Source of the DNA: Ostreococcus lucimarinus
Taxonomy: Eukaryota
DNA: 64,000 bases
Reading direction: 5' to 3' (one strand)
NCBI GenBank assembly: GCA_000092065.1
Contig: CP000587.1
Shown: piece by piece, positions 9,530 through 19,907 of the stretch
How positions within the stretch are numbered: position 1 is the stretch's first letter
Layout of the letters: every line of letters begins with the position of its first letter
Position numbers and translations under genes: made by a program
Notes under the pieces: model-generated
Database searches by the model: none
What the model was told of the DNA's origin: nothing
Seen by the model: only the letters and a program-made list of their open reading frames with translations

Positions 9530-11149
9530 ATGACGCGCGTGCGCCGCGCCATGGAGGCGTTCCGCGCGATCGCGGACCCGCTCGAGCGCTACGTCTACCT
9601 GCGCGAGCTCCAGCGCGCGAGCGCGGAGACGTTTTATCGCGCGCTCGTGCGCGAACCGCTCGAGCTCATGCCGTTCGTGTACACGCCCACCGTGGGCGAG
9701 GCGTGCGAGAAGTATCACCGCCTGGGCATCGAGACGAACGGGGTGTACATCACGGCGGACGACGCGGGACGCGTGGGGGCGAAGCTGCGAGGACACTGGG
9801 ATCGGGCGGCGGCGGCGCGCGCGAGGGCGCGCGAGGGGCTCGACGGCGAAGCGGCGAAGCGACGAGGGGTCGATCGTCGCGCGCGCGCCGACGACGGCGT
9901 CGCCGTGGCGGTGGTGACGGATGGAGAACGGATCTTGGGGCTCGGTGATCTCGGCGCGGGCGGAATGGGGATCAGCGAGGGGAAGATTTTGTTGTACACG
10001 GTGTGCGCGGGCGTGCGGCCGTCGGCGTGTTTGCCGGTGTGCCTGGACGTCGGGACGAATAATCAGAGATTGCTGGACGACCCGAATTATAAAGGATTGC
10101 GACGGACGCGGCTGAAGGGGGAGGCGTACGACGCGCTGGTGGACGAGTTCATGCGAGAGATGCGGGCGTGGCAGCCGAGGTGTTTGGTGCAGTTTGAGGA
10201 TTTCGGCAACGCGAACGCGTTTCGTATCTTGGAAAAGTATCGCACGACGGGACCGTGCTTCAACGATGACATTCAAGGCACCGCCGCGATCACGCTCGCG
10301 GCGCTGCTCAGCTCGTTGCGAGCGACGAAAGGGAAACTGGAGGATCAAAAGGTTTTATTTTACGGCGCCGGCGAGGCGGGCGTCGGCATCGGCGAGCTCA
10401 TCGCCATGGCGATGGAGAAGACTGGGATGTCGCACAAGGAAGCCATGGAGCGATGTTACTTCATGGATTCCAAGGGTCTGGTTTGCAAAAGTCGTCTGGA
10501 TGGATTGCAGCCGCACAAGGTGGCGTTCGCGCACGACGTCGAGTATCAGCCCGATTTACTGTCGGCGATTTCCGCCGTCAAGCCCACGGCGTTAATCGGC
10601 GTGAGCACGATCGGCGGGGCGTTTACGGAAGACGTCGTCAAGGAAATGTGCGCTCTGAACGAGCGGCCAATCATTTTTCCGCTGAGCAATCCCACGTCGA
10701 AGTCAGAGTGCACGTTTGAGCAAGCCATGGCTTGGAGCGACGGCAAAGTCGTCTTCGCCAGCGGGTCGCCGTTTGATCCAGTCGTGCGCCCGCGAGATGG
10801 CGTAAAAGTCTTCCCAGCGCAAGCGAACAACGCGTACGTTTTCCCGGCGCTCGGCTTCGCCGCCGCTCTCACGGGGGCGTCGCAAATCACCGACGATTTA
10901 TTCCTCGCCGCCGCCGAATCGCTCGCGTCCATCACAACCGACGCGGAGATCGACGCCGGCCATTTATTCCCGGACATGAACTCCATCAGACAAGTCTCAG
11001 TAACGTTAACCGCGGAGATTTGCGAGATGATTGTGAAATCCGGCCTCGGTCGCGCCCCGAGCGGGGTGTCCACGCACGCGGACTGGTTGGCGTACATCGA
11101 GTCGCACCAATACGACCCGGGCGAGGAGCAACCGATATCCAAGCTCTAA
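9530..11149 (+). CDS. NAD(P)-dependent malic enzyme
   Basis: PLERYVYLRELQRASAETFYRAL, GLGDLGAGGMGISEGK and FNDDIQGTAAITLAALL are canonical malic-enzyme motifs. The start is the internal ATG at 9530; the first 132 codons of the listed ORF overlap the TIP41 gene on the other strand. Confidence 0.85.
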   Translation: MTRVRRAMEAFRAIADPLERYVYLRELQRASAETFYRALVREPLELMPFVYTPTVGEACEKYHRLGIETNGVYITADDAGRVGAKLRGHWDRAAAARARAREGLDGEAAKRRGVDRRARADDGVAVAVVTDGERILGLGDLGAGGMGISEGKILLYTVCAGVRPSACLPVCLDVGTNNQRLLDDPNYKGLRRTRLKGEAYDALVDEFMREMRAWQPRCLVQFEDFGNANAFRILEKYRTTGPCFNDDIQGTAAITLAALLSSLRATKGKLEDQKVLFYGAGEAGVGIGELIAMAMEKTGMSHKEAMERCYFMDSKGLVCKSRLDGLQPHKVAFAHDVEYQPDLLSAISAVKPTALIGVSTIGGAFTEDVVKEMCALNERPIIFPLSNPTSKSECTFEQAMAWSDGKVVFASGSPFDPVVRPRDGVKVFPAQANNAYVFPALGFAAALTGASQITDDLFLAAAESLASITTDAEIDAGHLFPDMNSIRQVSVTLTAEICEMIVKSGLGRAPSGVSTHADWLAYIESHQYDPGEEQPISKL

Positions 11150-11359
11150 GCTTTCGCACGCCGTAGCATCGCCGTCGTAGTAATTCAAATTTATTCGTAT
11201 TGATTATTCGACGACGACCGTCCGTCGCGCGTTTCTCGATTTTCGACCGCCGAGCTCGACGAGACAGTTACGCCGCGGCGTCCCCGCGCCCGCTCGCGCC
11301 CGCACACGCCCGCGCGGCGTCGCGCGGCGTCGCGCCCCGAACTCGCGCGACTCGACGTC

Positions 11360-12709
11360 ATGGGTGCGCACGAGTCCCGCGTCGCCGCGCACGCCACCGC
11401 GTCGACGAGCGCGGCGACGTCGAACGATGTGTCGAGCGGCGGCTTGTCGCGAATCTTCTCGTTCCCTCCTCGCCCGCCGCCGCGCGCCGAGCCTTATCTC
11501 CACCTCCCCACGTATCTCGGTGACCGCGTGCTGGCGTTCCAGTACACGGGCGCGCGCGATGAAGGCGACGGGGCGTACAGGACGGCGCTGCGAGAGAATG
11601 CGCGCGCGTTGGACGAGGCGTTCTCGCCGGGGACGGTGCTCCTAATCTCTTTGAACAGCGCGCTGTTGATGGATAAGAGCATGTACGACGACTTCAATTG
11701 CGTCGTGGAGTTTTGTACGTTTTGGGGCCCGCCGGGCGTGGGCGCGGGTGGGTTAGATTCTATTTTGAGCGCGTGCTCGAGCGCGAAGAATTGGTTGTCG
11801 ATGAGCGAATCAAACGTGGTGTGTTTTCACGTTCGAGTCGAGCGTGGCGCGGACGCGGCGAGAATACTGCGATATGTTGTCGCGTGCTTCGAGACGTACC
11901 GTGCGTCGTCGAGTGAGTTCGACATCGATATGGCGTTTGAAGAGTTGCCGACCGTGCCTCCGCGCGCGTTTTCCGCGCATCGAGCCGCGGCGCCGTCGCG
12001 AGCGCAGATCCGGTACGGAGGATACTTTGGTGACGCCATTCGAACGAGTCGAGAAAGCGGTAAAGAGTGCATCCCCAAGAATAGGCTTAGGTTGAAACGG
12101 TTGGTGATCGCCGGCGGTTTATCGATTCATAATGGTGGTTGGCGGCCCTACGCGAAAGTGATTTGCCAATCGACTGGCGTGGTCGGCAAAAGCGCTACGC
12201 AAGGATTAGCTCCGGATTGGCACGATTCGAAACACGGATTATCGCCGATAGGCATGGAGCTTGTTCGGACGGGGCATGAATCCAACACGTTGTCCGTGGA
12301 AACCGCCATAGGACTGTCGCTCGATGGCGATTGCGTGATATCGATCTTCCACTGGACGGGCGACGAAACCCGCGACGAACTTTCTCCGGTGATGACATTT
12401 GCGTTTCACACGGGTTTCATTCATCTCAAGACCTCAATGGGTGATTCTAAAGCAGGTGTAATGCGGATCACACGAGATCAGATGGACTGCACGGATGAAA
12501 CTCTGATTCCAGACGATTACTTCTTCGATTTGATGTTTCTCGCAGAAAATGCCGAAGCCAAACCCAAAAGGCAAGCTGATATCGCCGTGCAAACCACTCC
12601 GGCGCTGAATGAGACGCACGCGGGATCAAAGATAGCTGAACCACCCGCGCTGCCTACATCACCCTCCCAAGCACCACTTGAGTGTGCTCCACCGCCACCG
12701 CCACCACCA

Positions 12710-12760
<51 letters not shown>

Positions 12761-14008
12761 GGATTCAAGCTCTCATCGGCATCTATGCCGAAAGTAGCAA
12801 CGCCACCAGCCCCAGGCGCACCGCCACCACCGCCGCCACCAGTAGTGCAGTTTCGTTCCGTATCGCTCACGCCTCGAGCGCCGCCGCTAGCCCAAGGCCC
12901 GAATTTGCGGAAGGTTTACTGGGACAAACTCACGGTGACGCAAAATACGTGGTGGAGCGATATAAACAGCGACGTCGGTGCTTTAAGAGAGGAGGAAAAA
13001 CAAGCGATCGTTAAATCTTTCGAGATTCGAGTGAATGCGAGCAAGAAGGCGCTGACTGAAAAGCCGAAACACGTCACGGGTATGCCGACGCTAATTCCGA
13101 TTCCGCGTTCGAATAACATAGCCATCATGCTCTCGCGGTTTCCCATGAGCGCGGAAGGCATCGTTGAGGCCATCGCGACCGGTGATCCGGAAGGTACACT
13201 CACGCTCGAAAGGCTTGCGGTTTTGCTTCAATGTGAACCGACGGAAGAGGAGCTCCAAATAATGCAGAATTTTAAGGGCGATGCGACGGTTTTGAATGCT
13301 CCGGAACGCTTTCTCATGGACCTCGCGACGAAAGTCGAGCGCTTGCCCGATAAAATCGCGGCGTTGGTGTACGCGAGACAATTTCCTGAGATGATGAGTG
13401 AGGCCTACTCTGGCTTGCGGGCAATCGAGCAAGCGTGCTCGCAAGTTAGAGAGGCGGAAGGATTTCGCAAGGTACTCGCCGTGGCGTTACGTGTGGGAAA
13501 CTTTATGAACGCGGGTGGGCCGCGATCGAGCACAAATGGTATCACACTCGACTCGTTACACAAGCTAAGCGACGTTCGAACGACCGCGCCGACGGCCAAA
13601 GGTGGGTGCACGCTGTTGGATTTCGTCGTAGAACTCGTCGACGCCCGAGAAGACGGTGAAATTTCGCTGACGAACGAGCTCGGCGCCTGCCAAGCCGCCA
13701 GCCGCATCGCGCGCGCCGAGCTCGAGGGACTGATTCGCAAGATTACGAGCGGTGCGCAACGAATTAAACGCGAAATCGACAAGTCGAGCGTTCAAAGCTT
13801 CGATGGCTTGCTCGTCGACTTGGACTCCGATGTCGAGGCGCTCTCGAAGGAAGCCGAGCGCGTCGACGCCGAGTTCACGCGATTCGCAGAGCTCTGCGGC
13901 GAGACGCGCAAATCGCCCGAAGATGTTTTTGCGAGTATTTGGACATTCGCGTGCGCGTGTGATGCGTCGAGAGCCGCCCGCGCGCATCGCGCGTCGAAGA
14001 AAAAGTAG
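11360..14008 (+). CDS. Formin with an N-terminal PTEN-like phosphatase/C2 region, FH1 polyproline and FH2 domain (class II plant-type architecture)
   Basis: The N-terminus MGAHES is myristoylation-like. FH1 is a run of 27 consecutive Pro. The FH2 region includes LRKVYWDKL...GFRKVLAVALRVGNFMNAG. Confidence 0.85.
12682..12780. repeat. (CCR)n codon repeat encoding the 27-Pro FH1 tract
   Basis: ccaccgccaccgccaccacca... seen directly. Confidence 0.9.
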
Positions 14009-14061
14009 CCTCGACGAAGAAAAAGAAAATGTAGTCAACCACCGACCGCACTTCACGCGTC

Positions 14062-14763
14062 ATGCACCGCCCCATCGCGCGTGGTTTCGCGCGAGCGTAC
14101 GCCACGCACTGGCTTCCGCAGAGCGCCCGCACGTGGCTGGACGGCGTCGAGCACGCCGCCTTCGCGCGGGCGCTCACAGACGCCATGAAGAAGATTCCTC
14201 AACTCAGTGGACGCGAAGAGTCCATCGCGCAGTCGATCAGTGCGCGCGCGAGCGAAATTTTAGAGGCCGAGACGGCGGATGGGTCGTTCACGCGCGATGC
14301 GGTCGAGACGACGCACGCGAAGACCGCCGCACGAGCGTGCGCGGTGTACGAGTGCACGCGACCGTACCTCGGCAACGACGACGCGACGATGGATTTGATC
14401 CGCACGCACGCCGGCGCGGAGCGGACGGCGCAAACCATGAACGGTGGACTCGTTCGAGGGGCGCTCATGCTTTCGAGGGACCCGATCGCGACGATCGCGT
14501 CGATGGTCGGCAACGTCACGAATGACTTGGCGCCGGGCGCTTGGAGACGAGAAGACGGCGAGTTCGTGACGAGCACGTGCACGTATCGCGAATTTTTCAA
14601 AAAGCGCGACATGGAATTTTTAACGGCGACGACGTGTTGCTCCCTGGACGTGGACGTGTGGTTTTCGGGCTTGGACGCCAAGTCGGCGACGGTGACGCTC
14701 GAGTCCTCTATGGCGCGCGGCGACCCAGAGTGTCGCATCTCCGTGCGCGCCGGCGAAAAGTAG
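14062..14763 (+). CDS. Hypothetical protein, family not confidently recognised
   Basis: The 233-aa ORF has non-repetitive composition and sits 54 bp after the formin stop. Several conserved-looking Cys residues are present (CAVYEC, TTCCSLDVDVWF). Confidence 0.45.
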   Translation: MHRPIARGFARAYATHWLPQSARTWLDGVEHAAFARALTDAMKKIPQLSGREESIAQSISARASEILEAETADGSFTRDAVETTHAKTAARACAVYECTRPYLGNDDATMDLIRTHAGAERTAQTMNGGLVRGALMLSRDPIATIASMVGNVTNDLAPGAWRREDGEFVTSTCTYREFFKKRDMEFLTATTCCSLDVDVWFSGLDAKSATVTLESSMARGDPECRISVRAGEK

Positions 14764-14915
14764 CGCCCATCGAAGAAGCGCCGATAGCGAAGAAATAGCG
14801 ACCGTAGCATCTAGCGCGCCGTCCACGGCGCATTTTTATTAGCCAACCAACATTCACGCCAGGCGCTCGACGTCGCCCGAGTCGAGCCGCAGTTCGCGAC
14901 GCGCGCGGGCGCGTC

Positions 14916-16112
14916 ATGCGCCCGCGAAACCCACCCGACGTCGACGACGCGACGTCGTCGTCCCCGTTCGACTCGTCCGCGCTCCACGGTCGTCTCGTGC
15001 ACGGCACGTGCGGTTGGGCGTCGAAGAGCCAAAATTTAAGCTTTTACGCGCCCAACGAGCTGTCGAGCGGAGAAAGGCGTTTGCCGAGCTACGCCGAGCG
15101 TTTCGGGTGCGTCGAAGTGGACAGCACCACGTATGCCATTCCCACGAGGGACGTCGTCCAGCGCTGGGTCGACGCGACGCCGGACGGTTTCGTGTTCCTC
15201 GTGAAGGCGTTCGGCGGGCTGTGCGCGTCGACCGTCGACGCACGCTCGCTGCCGCGTGACGTACGCGAGATGCTCCCGCCGACGCCTTCGGGGCGCGTCG
15301 CGTACTCGTCGATGCCAACACGGGCGAAGGATGCGCTGTGGGCGCGTTGGAACGATGCCATCGCGCCGATCGTCGAGGCTGGGAAGCTCGGCTGCGTGGT
15401 GTTTCAATTTCATCTGTCGCAAGGCGTCGGCGACGCGCTTCGAGCGCACGCGTTGGAGTGTCAGTCGCGATTGAACGGCGCACGCACGGCGGTGGAGTTT
15501 AGGAACAGAGATTGGATCACGGGCGATGTCGGCACGCAGACGGTGCGCTGGTGCCGCGAACATGATTTATTGCTCGTCGCCGCAGATGAGTTGGAGCACG
15601 AAACGTTTCAGCGTGATAGACAACAAACTGGTTTACCCGTCGGTGCGGTGCGACGAAAAATGCCCACGCGATTGGAACGCACTGTCGACTGGGGATGTTT
15701 GATTCGCGTTCACAGACGGCACGGGACGACGGAGCGCGTGCTCGACGAAGAAGAAATTTCGTTTTGGAGCGAGCGCGTGCGCGCGCTCGATCCCAAACCG
15801 ACGCGAGGACCTATTTGGGTTACTTGGGGCACCGAGTGGCGCGACGCTCCGCTGACGAACGCGCTCGCGCTCGACGACGCCGTCGGCGAGTTTGCGTATG
15901 ATTGGTACGGCACGCGTCGTTCGCGTCCATCAAAATCGAAGCCGTCCGCCAAGTCAATCGCGGCGTTATTCGCCGCAGCGCCCCAGCCGAAAGCGAAGTC
16001 CCCGACGTCGACGCCTCCCGCGCGCAAATCCGAAGCGAGAAAACATCTCAACCCTCTCGCCGCGCTCTGGTCGCGCGCGAATCCCATAGAAGACGCGCGT
16101 CGTACAGATTAA
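14916..16112 (+). CDS. DUF72 (YecE-like, UPF0759) family protein
   Basis: LVHGTCGWASKSQNLSFYAP and VFQFHLSQ match DUF72 blocks. The tail is Lys/Ala/Pro-rich. Confidence 0.65.
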   Translation: MRPRNPPDVDDATSSSPFDSSALHGRLVHGTCGWASKSQNLSFYAPNELSSGERRLPSYAERFGCVEVDSTTYAIPTRDVVQRWVDATPDGFVFLVKAFGGLCASTVDARSLPRDVREMLPPTPSGRVAYSSMPTRAKDALWARWNDAIAPIVEAGKLGCVVFQFHLSQGVGDALRAHALECQSRLNGARTAVEFRNRDWITGDVGTQTVRWCREHDLLLVAADELEHETFQRDRQQTGLPVGAVRRKMPTRLERTVDWGCLIRVHRRHGTTERVLDEEEISFWSERVRALDPKPTRGPIWVTWGTEWRDAPLTNALALDDAVGEFAYDWYGTRRSRPSKSKPSAKSIAALFAAAPQPKAKSPTSTPPARKSEARKHLNPLAALWSRANPIEDARRTD

Positions 16113-16186
16113 TTAGTCAGCAGAAAACCGTTACAGCTCGAAAACCGCAGACACCGCCGCGCGGCGCGCGACGCGGTCGTCCGGCG

Positions 16187-17722
16187 ATGTCGTCCGCTAA
16201 AAAGAAACCACCGAAAACGACCAATCCCGCGTCGCTCGTCGACGCGCGCGTCGACGCCGTCCTCGCGCGCGTGGCCGCTGTGAAGGCGCGCGCCGTCGCT
16301 CTCGACCACGCGCGCGTCAACGTCGACGATGTCGACGCGCTCGTGTCGGGCCTCGGCGCGCTCGGCCTGCGAGCGAGCGAGGACAAACAGCATCCGATCA
16401 CGCGCGTGCAAACACCGCCGCCGTTGCGGAAGCACGCGCACGCGCGCACGGTGAGCGTCTCGGATGTGGATGTGTCCGCGGTGAAGCTCGAGCGCGACGA
16501 AGCGCCGGCGAAGCGCAAGCGCCGCGTGGGGTTGTTGTACGACGACGCGATGGAAATGCACGAAAAGGAGGGACACTTCGAACAGCCGGCGAGACATCGG
16601 GTCGTCGTGAATGAGATCAAGGCGGAGAAACTGGATTTGAGATGCGAACGGCTGGAGGCGCGAGAGGCGACGGAGGCGGAGCTGACGCGCGCGCACACGA
16701 AGGAACACGTGGCGTTCGTCGATTCGGCGTTCGACGTCGATGGAGAGAAGGTACAAGTTATGACTGGCGAGGACGTGTTCGGCGATGACATCTTCTTCAC
16801 GAAGCATACGGCGAAGGGGGCGCGCATGGCGGCGGGGACGGTCGCGGAGGCGTGTTTGGCGGTGGGGCGAGGAGACGTAGACCGAGCGTTCGCGGTGGTG
16901 CGACCACCGGGACATCACGCGGTGTGCGGACAAGCGATGGGATTTTGTTTCTTCAATAACGCCGTCGTGGGAGCACGAGCGGTGATCGAGACAAAACTGT
17001 GCGAGCGAGTCCTGATAATCGATTGGGACGTGCACCACGGTAACGGCATCCAGGACATCGTGTACGAAGACGAGAGCGTGATGTACGTATCGTTGCATCG
17101 ATACGGCGATGGATTTTACCCGGGCACGGGTGCTGTAGCGGAGGTTGGTAAAGGCGGTACGAATGTGAACGTTGCGTGGTCGGAGAAGGGCTTGGGAGAC
17201 GCCGATTACTTGGCCGCGTTTGACGTCGTCATCGAGCCCGTGGTGAAATCTTTCGCTCCAGATTTGATCATCATCGCCGCTGGATTCGACGCCGCGGACG
17301 GCGATCCACTCGGAGGTATGATGGTATCGCCCACGGGCTACATGCACATGACGAAGCGTTTGATTGAAATCGGTACCGGGCGCGTCGTCGTCGCTCTTGA
17401 AGGTGGTTACGCCCTTCGCCCGCTCGCCACGTGCGCGACGGCGACGCTTCGAGCGTTACTCGGCGATGAACCGAAGCCTATATCATCGCGGTCTCGACCG
17501 AGGAAATCAAGCATCAAGCTCTGTCGCGAGCTCGCGTCGCTGCTCGCAGAGCACTGGCCCGTGCTAGAGAGCGACGAGTACAAGAATTCGACGGCGTTGA
17601 TCGCGAAACGCGCCACCGTCGTCGGCGCCGCGCGAGAGTACCCCACCGGTCGCCGCTCGAAATCGCCCGCAAATTCTTCCTCGTCCGCCTCCACTGCCGT
17701 GGGCGCCGTCTGTACGACTTAA
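16187..17722 (+). CDS. Histone deacetylase, class II (HDA5/HDA15-like)
   Basis: RPPGHHA, CFFNNAVVGA, IIDWDVHHGNGIQD and VSLHRYGDGFYPGTG are present. The start is the internal ATG at 16187 (MSSAKKK); the listed ORF start overlaps the DUF72 gene. Confidence 0.85.
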   Translation: MSSAKKKPPKTTNPASLVDARVDAVLARVAAVKARAVALDHARVNVDDVDALVSGLGALGLRASEDKQHPITRVQTPPPLRKHAHARTVSVSDVDVSAVKLERDEAPAKRKRRVGLLYDDAMEMHEKEGHFEQPARHRVVVNEIKAEKLDLRCERLEAREATEAELTRAHTKEHVAFVDSAFDVDGEKVQVMTGEDVFGDDIFFTKHTAKGARMAAGTVAEACLAVGRGDVDRAFAVVRPPGHHAVCGQAMGFCFFNNAVVGARAVIETKLCERVLIIDWDVHHGNGIQDIVYEDESVMYVSLHRYGDGFYPGTGAVAEVGKGGTNVNVAWSEKGLGDADYLAAFDVVIEPVVKSFAPDLIIIAAGFDAADGDPLGGMMVSPTGYMHMTKRLIEIGTGRVVVALEGGYALRPLATCATATLRALLGDEPKPISSRSRPRKSSIKLCRELASLLAEHWPVLESDEYKNSTALIAKRATVVGAAREYPTGRRSKSPANSSSSASTAVGAVCTT

Positions 17723-17737
17723 TCGATGTAAAAAAGT

Positions 17738-17779
17738 AAAGTAAATCACTGAGACGTGAAAGTAAATCACTGAGACGTG
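17738..17779. repeat. Perfect tandem duplication, 2 x 21 nt (aaagtaaatcactgagacgtg), in the HDAC 3' flank
   Basis: Seen directly in the sequence. Confidence 0.85.
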
Positions 17780-17855
17780 TCGCGTCAGAAAAAACGGCGA
17801 TTTTAATCGGCGTTTTTCGCCACAACTCGGCTCGACTCTCGACTGTCGACTCCCG

Positions 17856-19784
17856 ATGACCATCCGCGGCCGCGCGCGATCGATATGCGTCCTTCTCGCC
17901 GCGCTCGCACTGACGACGAGCGCGTACGCCGCGCCGACCTCAGCGCCGCGCGCGCGCAGCCGCGCGACGCCCGCGCCCGCGACGTCTCGTCCCCGCGATT
18001 CCCCGGACATCGAAACATCGAACATCGACATGAACGACGTCGAGGCGTTTCTCACGCAAGCGCGCGATGAATTCATCGCGACCCGCGCGTCGCGCGGGTC
18101 TTCACACGGCCGCTCGACGACGACGTCTCCGGACGAAGCCGGTTTGGACTGGATCGCGTCGTTCTTCTCGCCTCGGGAACGTCGCCGCGGCTCTGCGGGT
18201 CGCGCGGCGCGTAATCGACGCGACTCGAACTTGCCTCCGGTTGAAGTGGATCAGACCGGCGTTGACTTCTACCTCACCGCGCGCGCGTACGCGCAAGAAC
18301 ACGCGGTGAGCGATCCTCGGGGCGGTCGGATGCGCATCGCTCGCGCAGAGGAACCGAATCAGTTTCAGTGGTGGTACGATTTCATTTGGCAAACGCAACA
18401 ACAAATCATCGCTTGCGAAGGACGAGAATCGTGCGAAGGTCTTTGGCATCAGTTCGGCGCGCAAGGCAGCATTTGTTGTGACGCCGGTGCCGAATTTTAC
18501 GGTCACGCTCACTTTTCGTGCGTCGAAAGTGTCGAACAATGCGAGGCGCTCACCACGTGCGCCTCGTCCGCCGATTGCGGCGTGAATCAAGTGTGTTGCG
18601 CGACGAAGCCGCATTCTGACGATTTGATGTGCGTGACGAGCTTTCAAGACTGCGCGGCGTACTGTCACTCCGATGCGCAGTGTAAAGCGGAGAAAGGCGA
18701 ACAGTGTTGCTACGACGAAGTACTCGGATACACGATTTGTATCCCGGAAGGGCTATCGTGTCCACCGCCCCCGCCAGAGTGCCCGACCACGGGACAGCCG
18801 ACGTGCCGCTCGGACTCCGAGCGCACGTGTTGCGGTGGCGTCTGTTGTCCGCCGGATGAAAACGGTGTTGAATGGTTGTGTTGCAGAATCTGTGACGAAA
18901 ATGTTTGCTACCGAGCTACCCCCTCTCTGGGGGACGGAAGCTACGAGTGTCCGGACCCATTTTGCCCGCGGCCTCCAGAGTGTTCGTCGCAAGCAGAGTT
19001 GAGTCAGTGCACGGATCCGGTGAACCCGATCGTCGCCGCGCAATCTGCGCGCAATGGCGATCCTCCGACCGGTAGCATTTGCTGCGGTGGTGTGTGCTGT
19101 GAGATCGGGGACCCCGATCTGGTGCCCATCGGCACATTCGGCCCGAACTTTTGCTGCTACGATTTCCCGGACGGTCCTTCTGGTTGGAGTTGCCAACCAG
19201 GCATCCCTGGTGACCCGCTTCCGACTCCCCCGCCCGGTTGCGCGCGACAACCTCCCAGCGCTCAGTGTCCGGCCGGTTCTGAGTATTTGGATACGTGCGT
19301 TGCTGACGATCAGTCTATTGGCGTGTGCTGTGGACCGGAAGTTGACGGCGGCGGGCTGACATGCTGCCCTGATGAATCCGTGTGTTGCGCCAACGTCGTG
19401 GACGGAGCGACCGTCGGTTACGAATGCAAAGCCCAGAATGAGTGCCAAGAGGGTGAGTTATGCAGGATACTCGGTGACTGTCCGAACTCTCAGCAATACT
19501 CGGTCTGTGGTTCGTGCGGACAGGGCAATAATGACTGCGCGCTGTCCTGCCAAGCGGGCGCAGGTGAGCCTCCGAACGACCCTTCGTGGATTTGTTCCAC
19601 CGTCGATGGTTGCGACCCAGTCGCCGACTACAACAACGGCCCGAGCGATGCCACGTGCGTGTGTAATAACGGAGCGTGCGGCGGCGCGACTCAATGTAAG
19701 ACAGGAGGGAATTGCTGCGCGTGCCAAGCTCGTGGCCCGCGCGGTGGCGTGCAATGCGACAACCCACCAACCGTATTGGTTTGA
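17856..19784 (+). CDS. Secreted cysteine-rich protein with CC-doublet modules (granulin-like spacing; CCGGVCC motif appears twice)
   Basis: Signal peptide MTIRGRARSICVLLAALALTTSAYA. There are more than 80 Cys residues and repeated CC doublets: ICC, VCC, QCC, TCCGGVCC, LCC, ICCGGVCC, FCC, VCC, TCC, NCC. Confidence 0.7.
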   Translation: MTIRGRARSICVLLAALALTTSAYAAPTSAPRARSRATPAPATSRPRDSPDIETSNIDMNDVEAFLTQARDEFIATRASRGSSHGRSTTTSPDEAGLDWIASFFSPRERRRGSAGRAARNRRDSNLPPVEVDQTGVDFYLTARAYAQEHAVSDPRGGRMRIARAEEPNQFQWWYDFIWQTQQQIIACEGRESCEGLWHQFGAQGSICCDAGAEFYGHAHFSCVESVEQCEALTTCASSADCGVNQVCCATKPHSDDLMCVTSFQDCAAYCHSDAQCKAEKGEQCCYDEVLGYTICIPEGLSCPPPPPECPTTGQPTCRSDSERTCCGGVCCPPDENGVEWLCCRICDENVCYRATPSLGDGSYECPDPFCPRPPECSSQAELSQCTDPVNPIVAAQSARNGDPPTGSICCGGVCCEIGDPDLVPIGTFGPNFCCYDFPDGPSGWSCQPGIPGDPLPTPPPGCARQPPSAQCPAGSEYLDTCVADDQSIGVCCGPEVDGGGLTCCPDESVCCANVVDGATVGYECKAQNECQEGELCRILGDCPNSQQYSVCGSCGQGNNDCALSCQAGAGEPPNDPSWICSTVDGCDPVADYNNGPSDATCVCNNGACGGATQCKTGGNCCACQARGPRGGVQCDNPPTVLV

Positions 19785-19907
19785 TCGACAGCGCAGACGT
19801 TTTGAGGCGAGGGTGGGAGGACAAATATTAAGGATGGATGACTATGTGTGCCAACGTCTCGCGGTCTTACAACATCATTACAACATACTGGTACATTGAT
19901 TGTGAAT

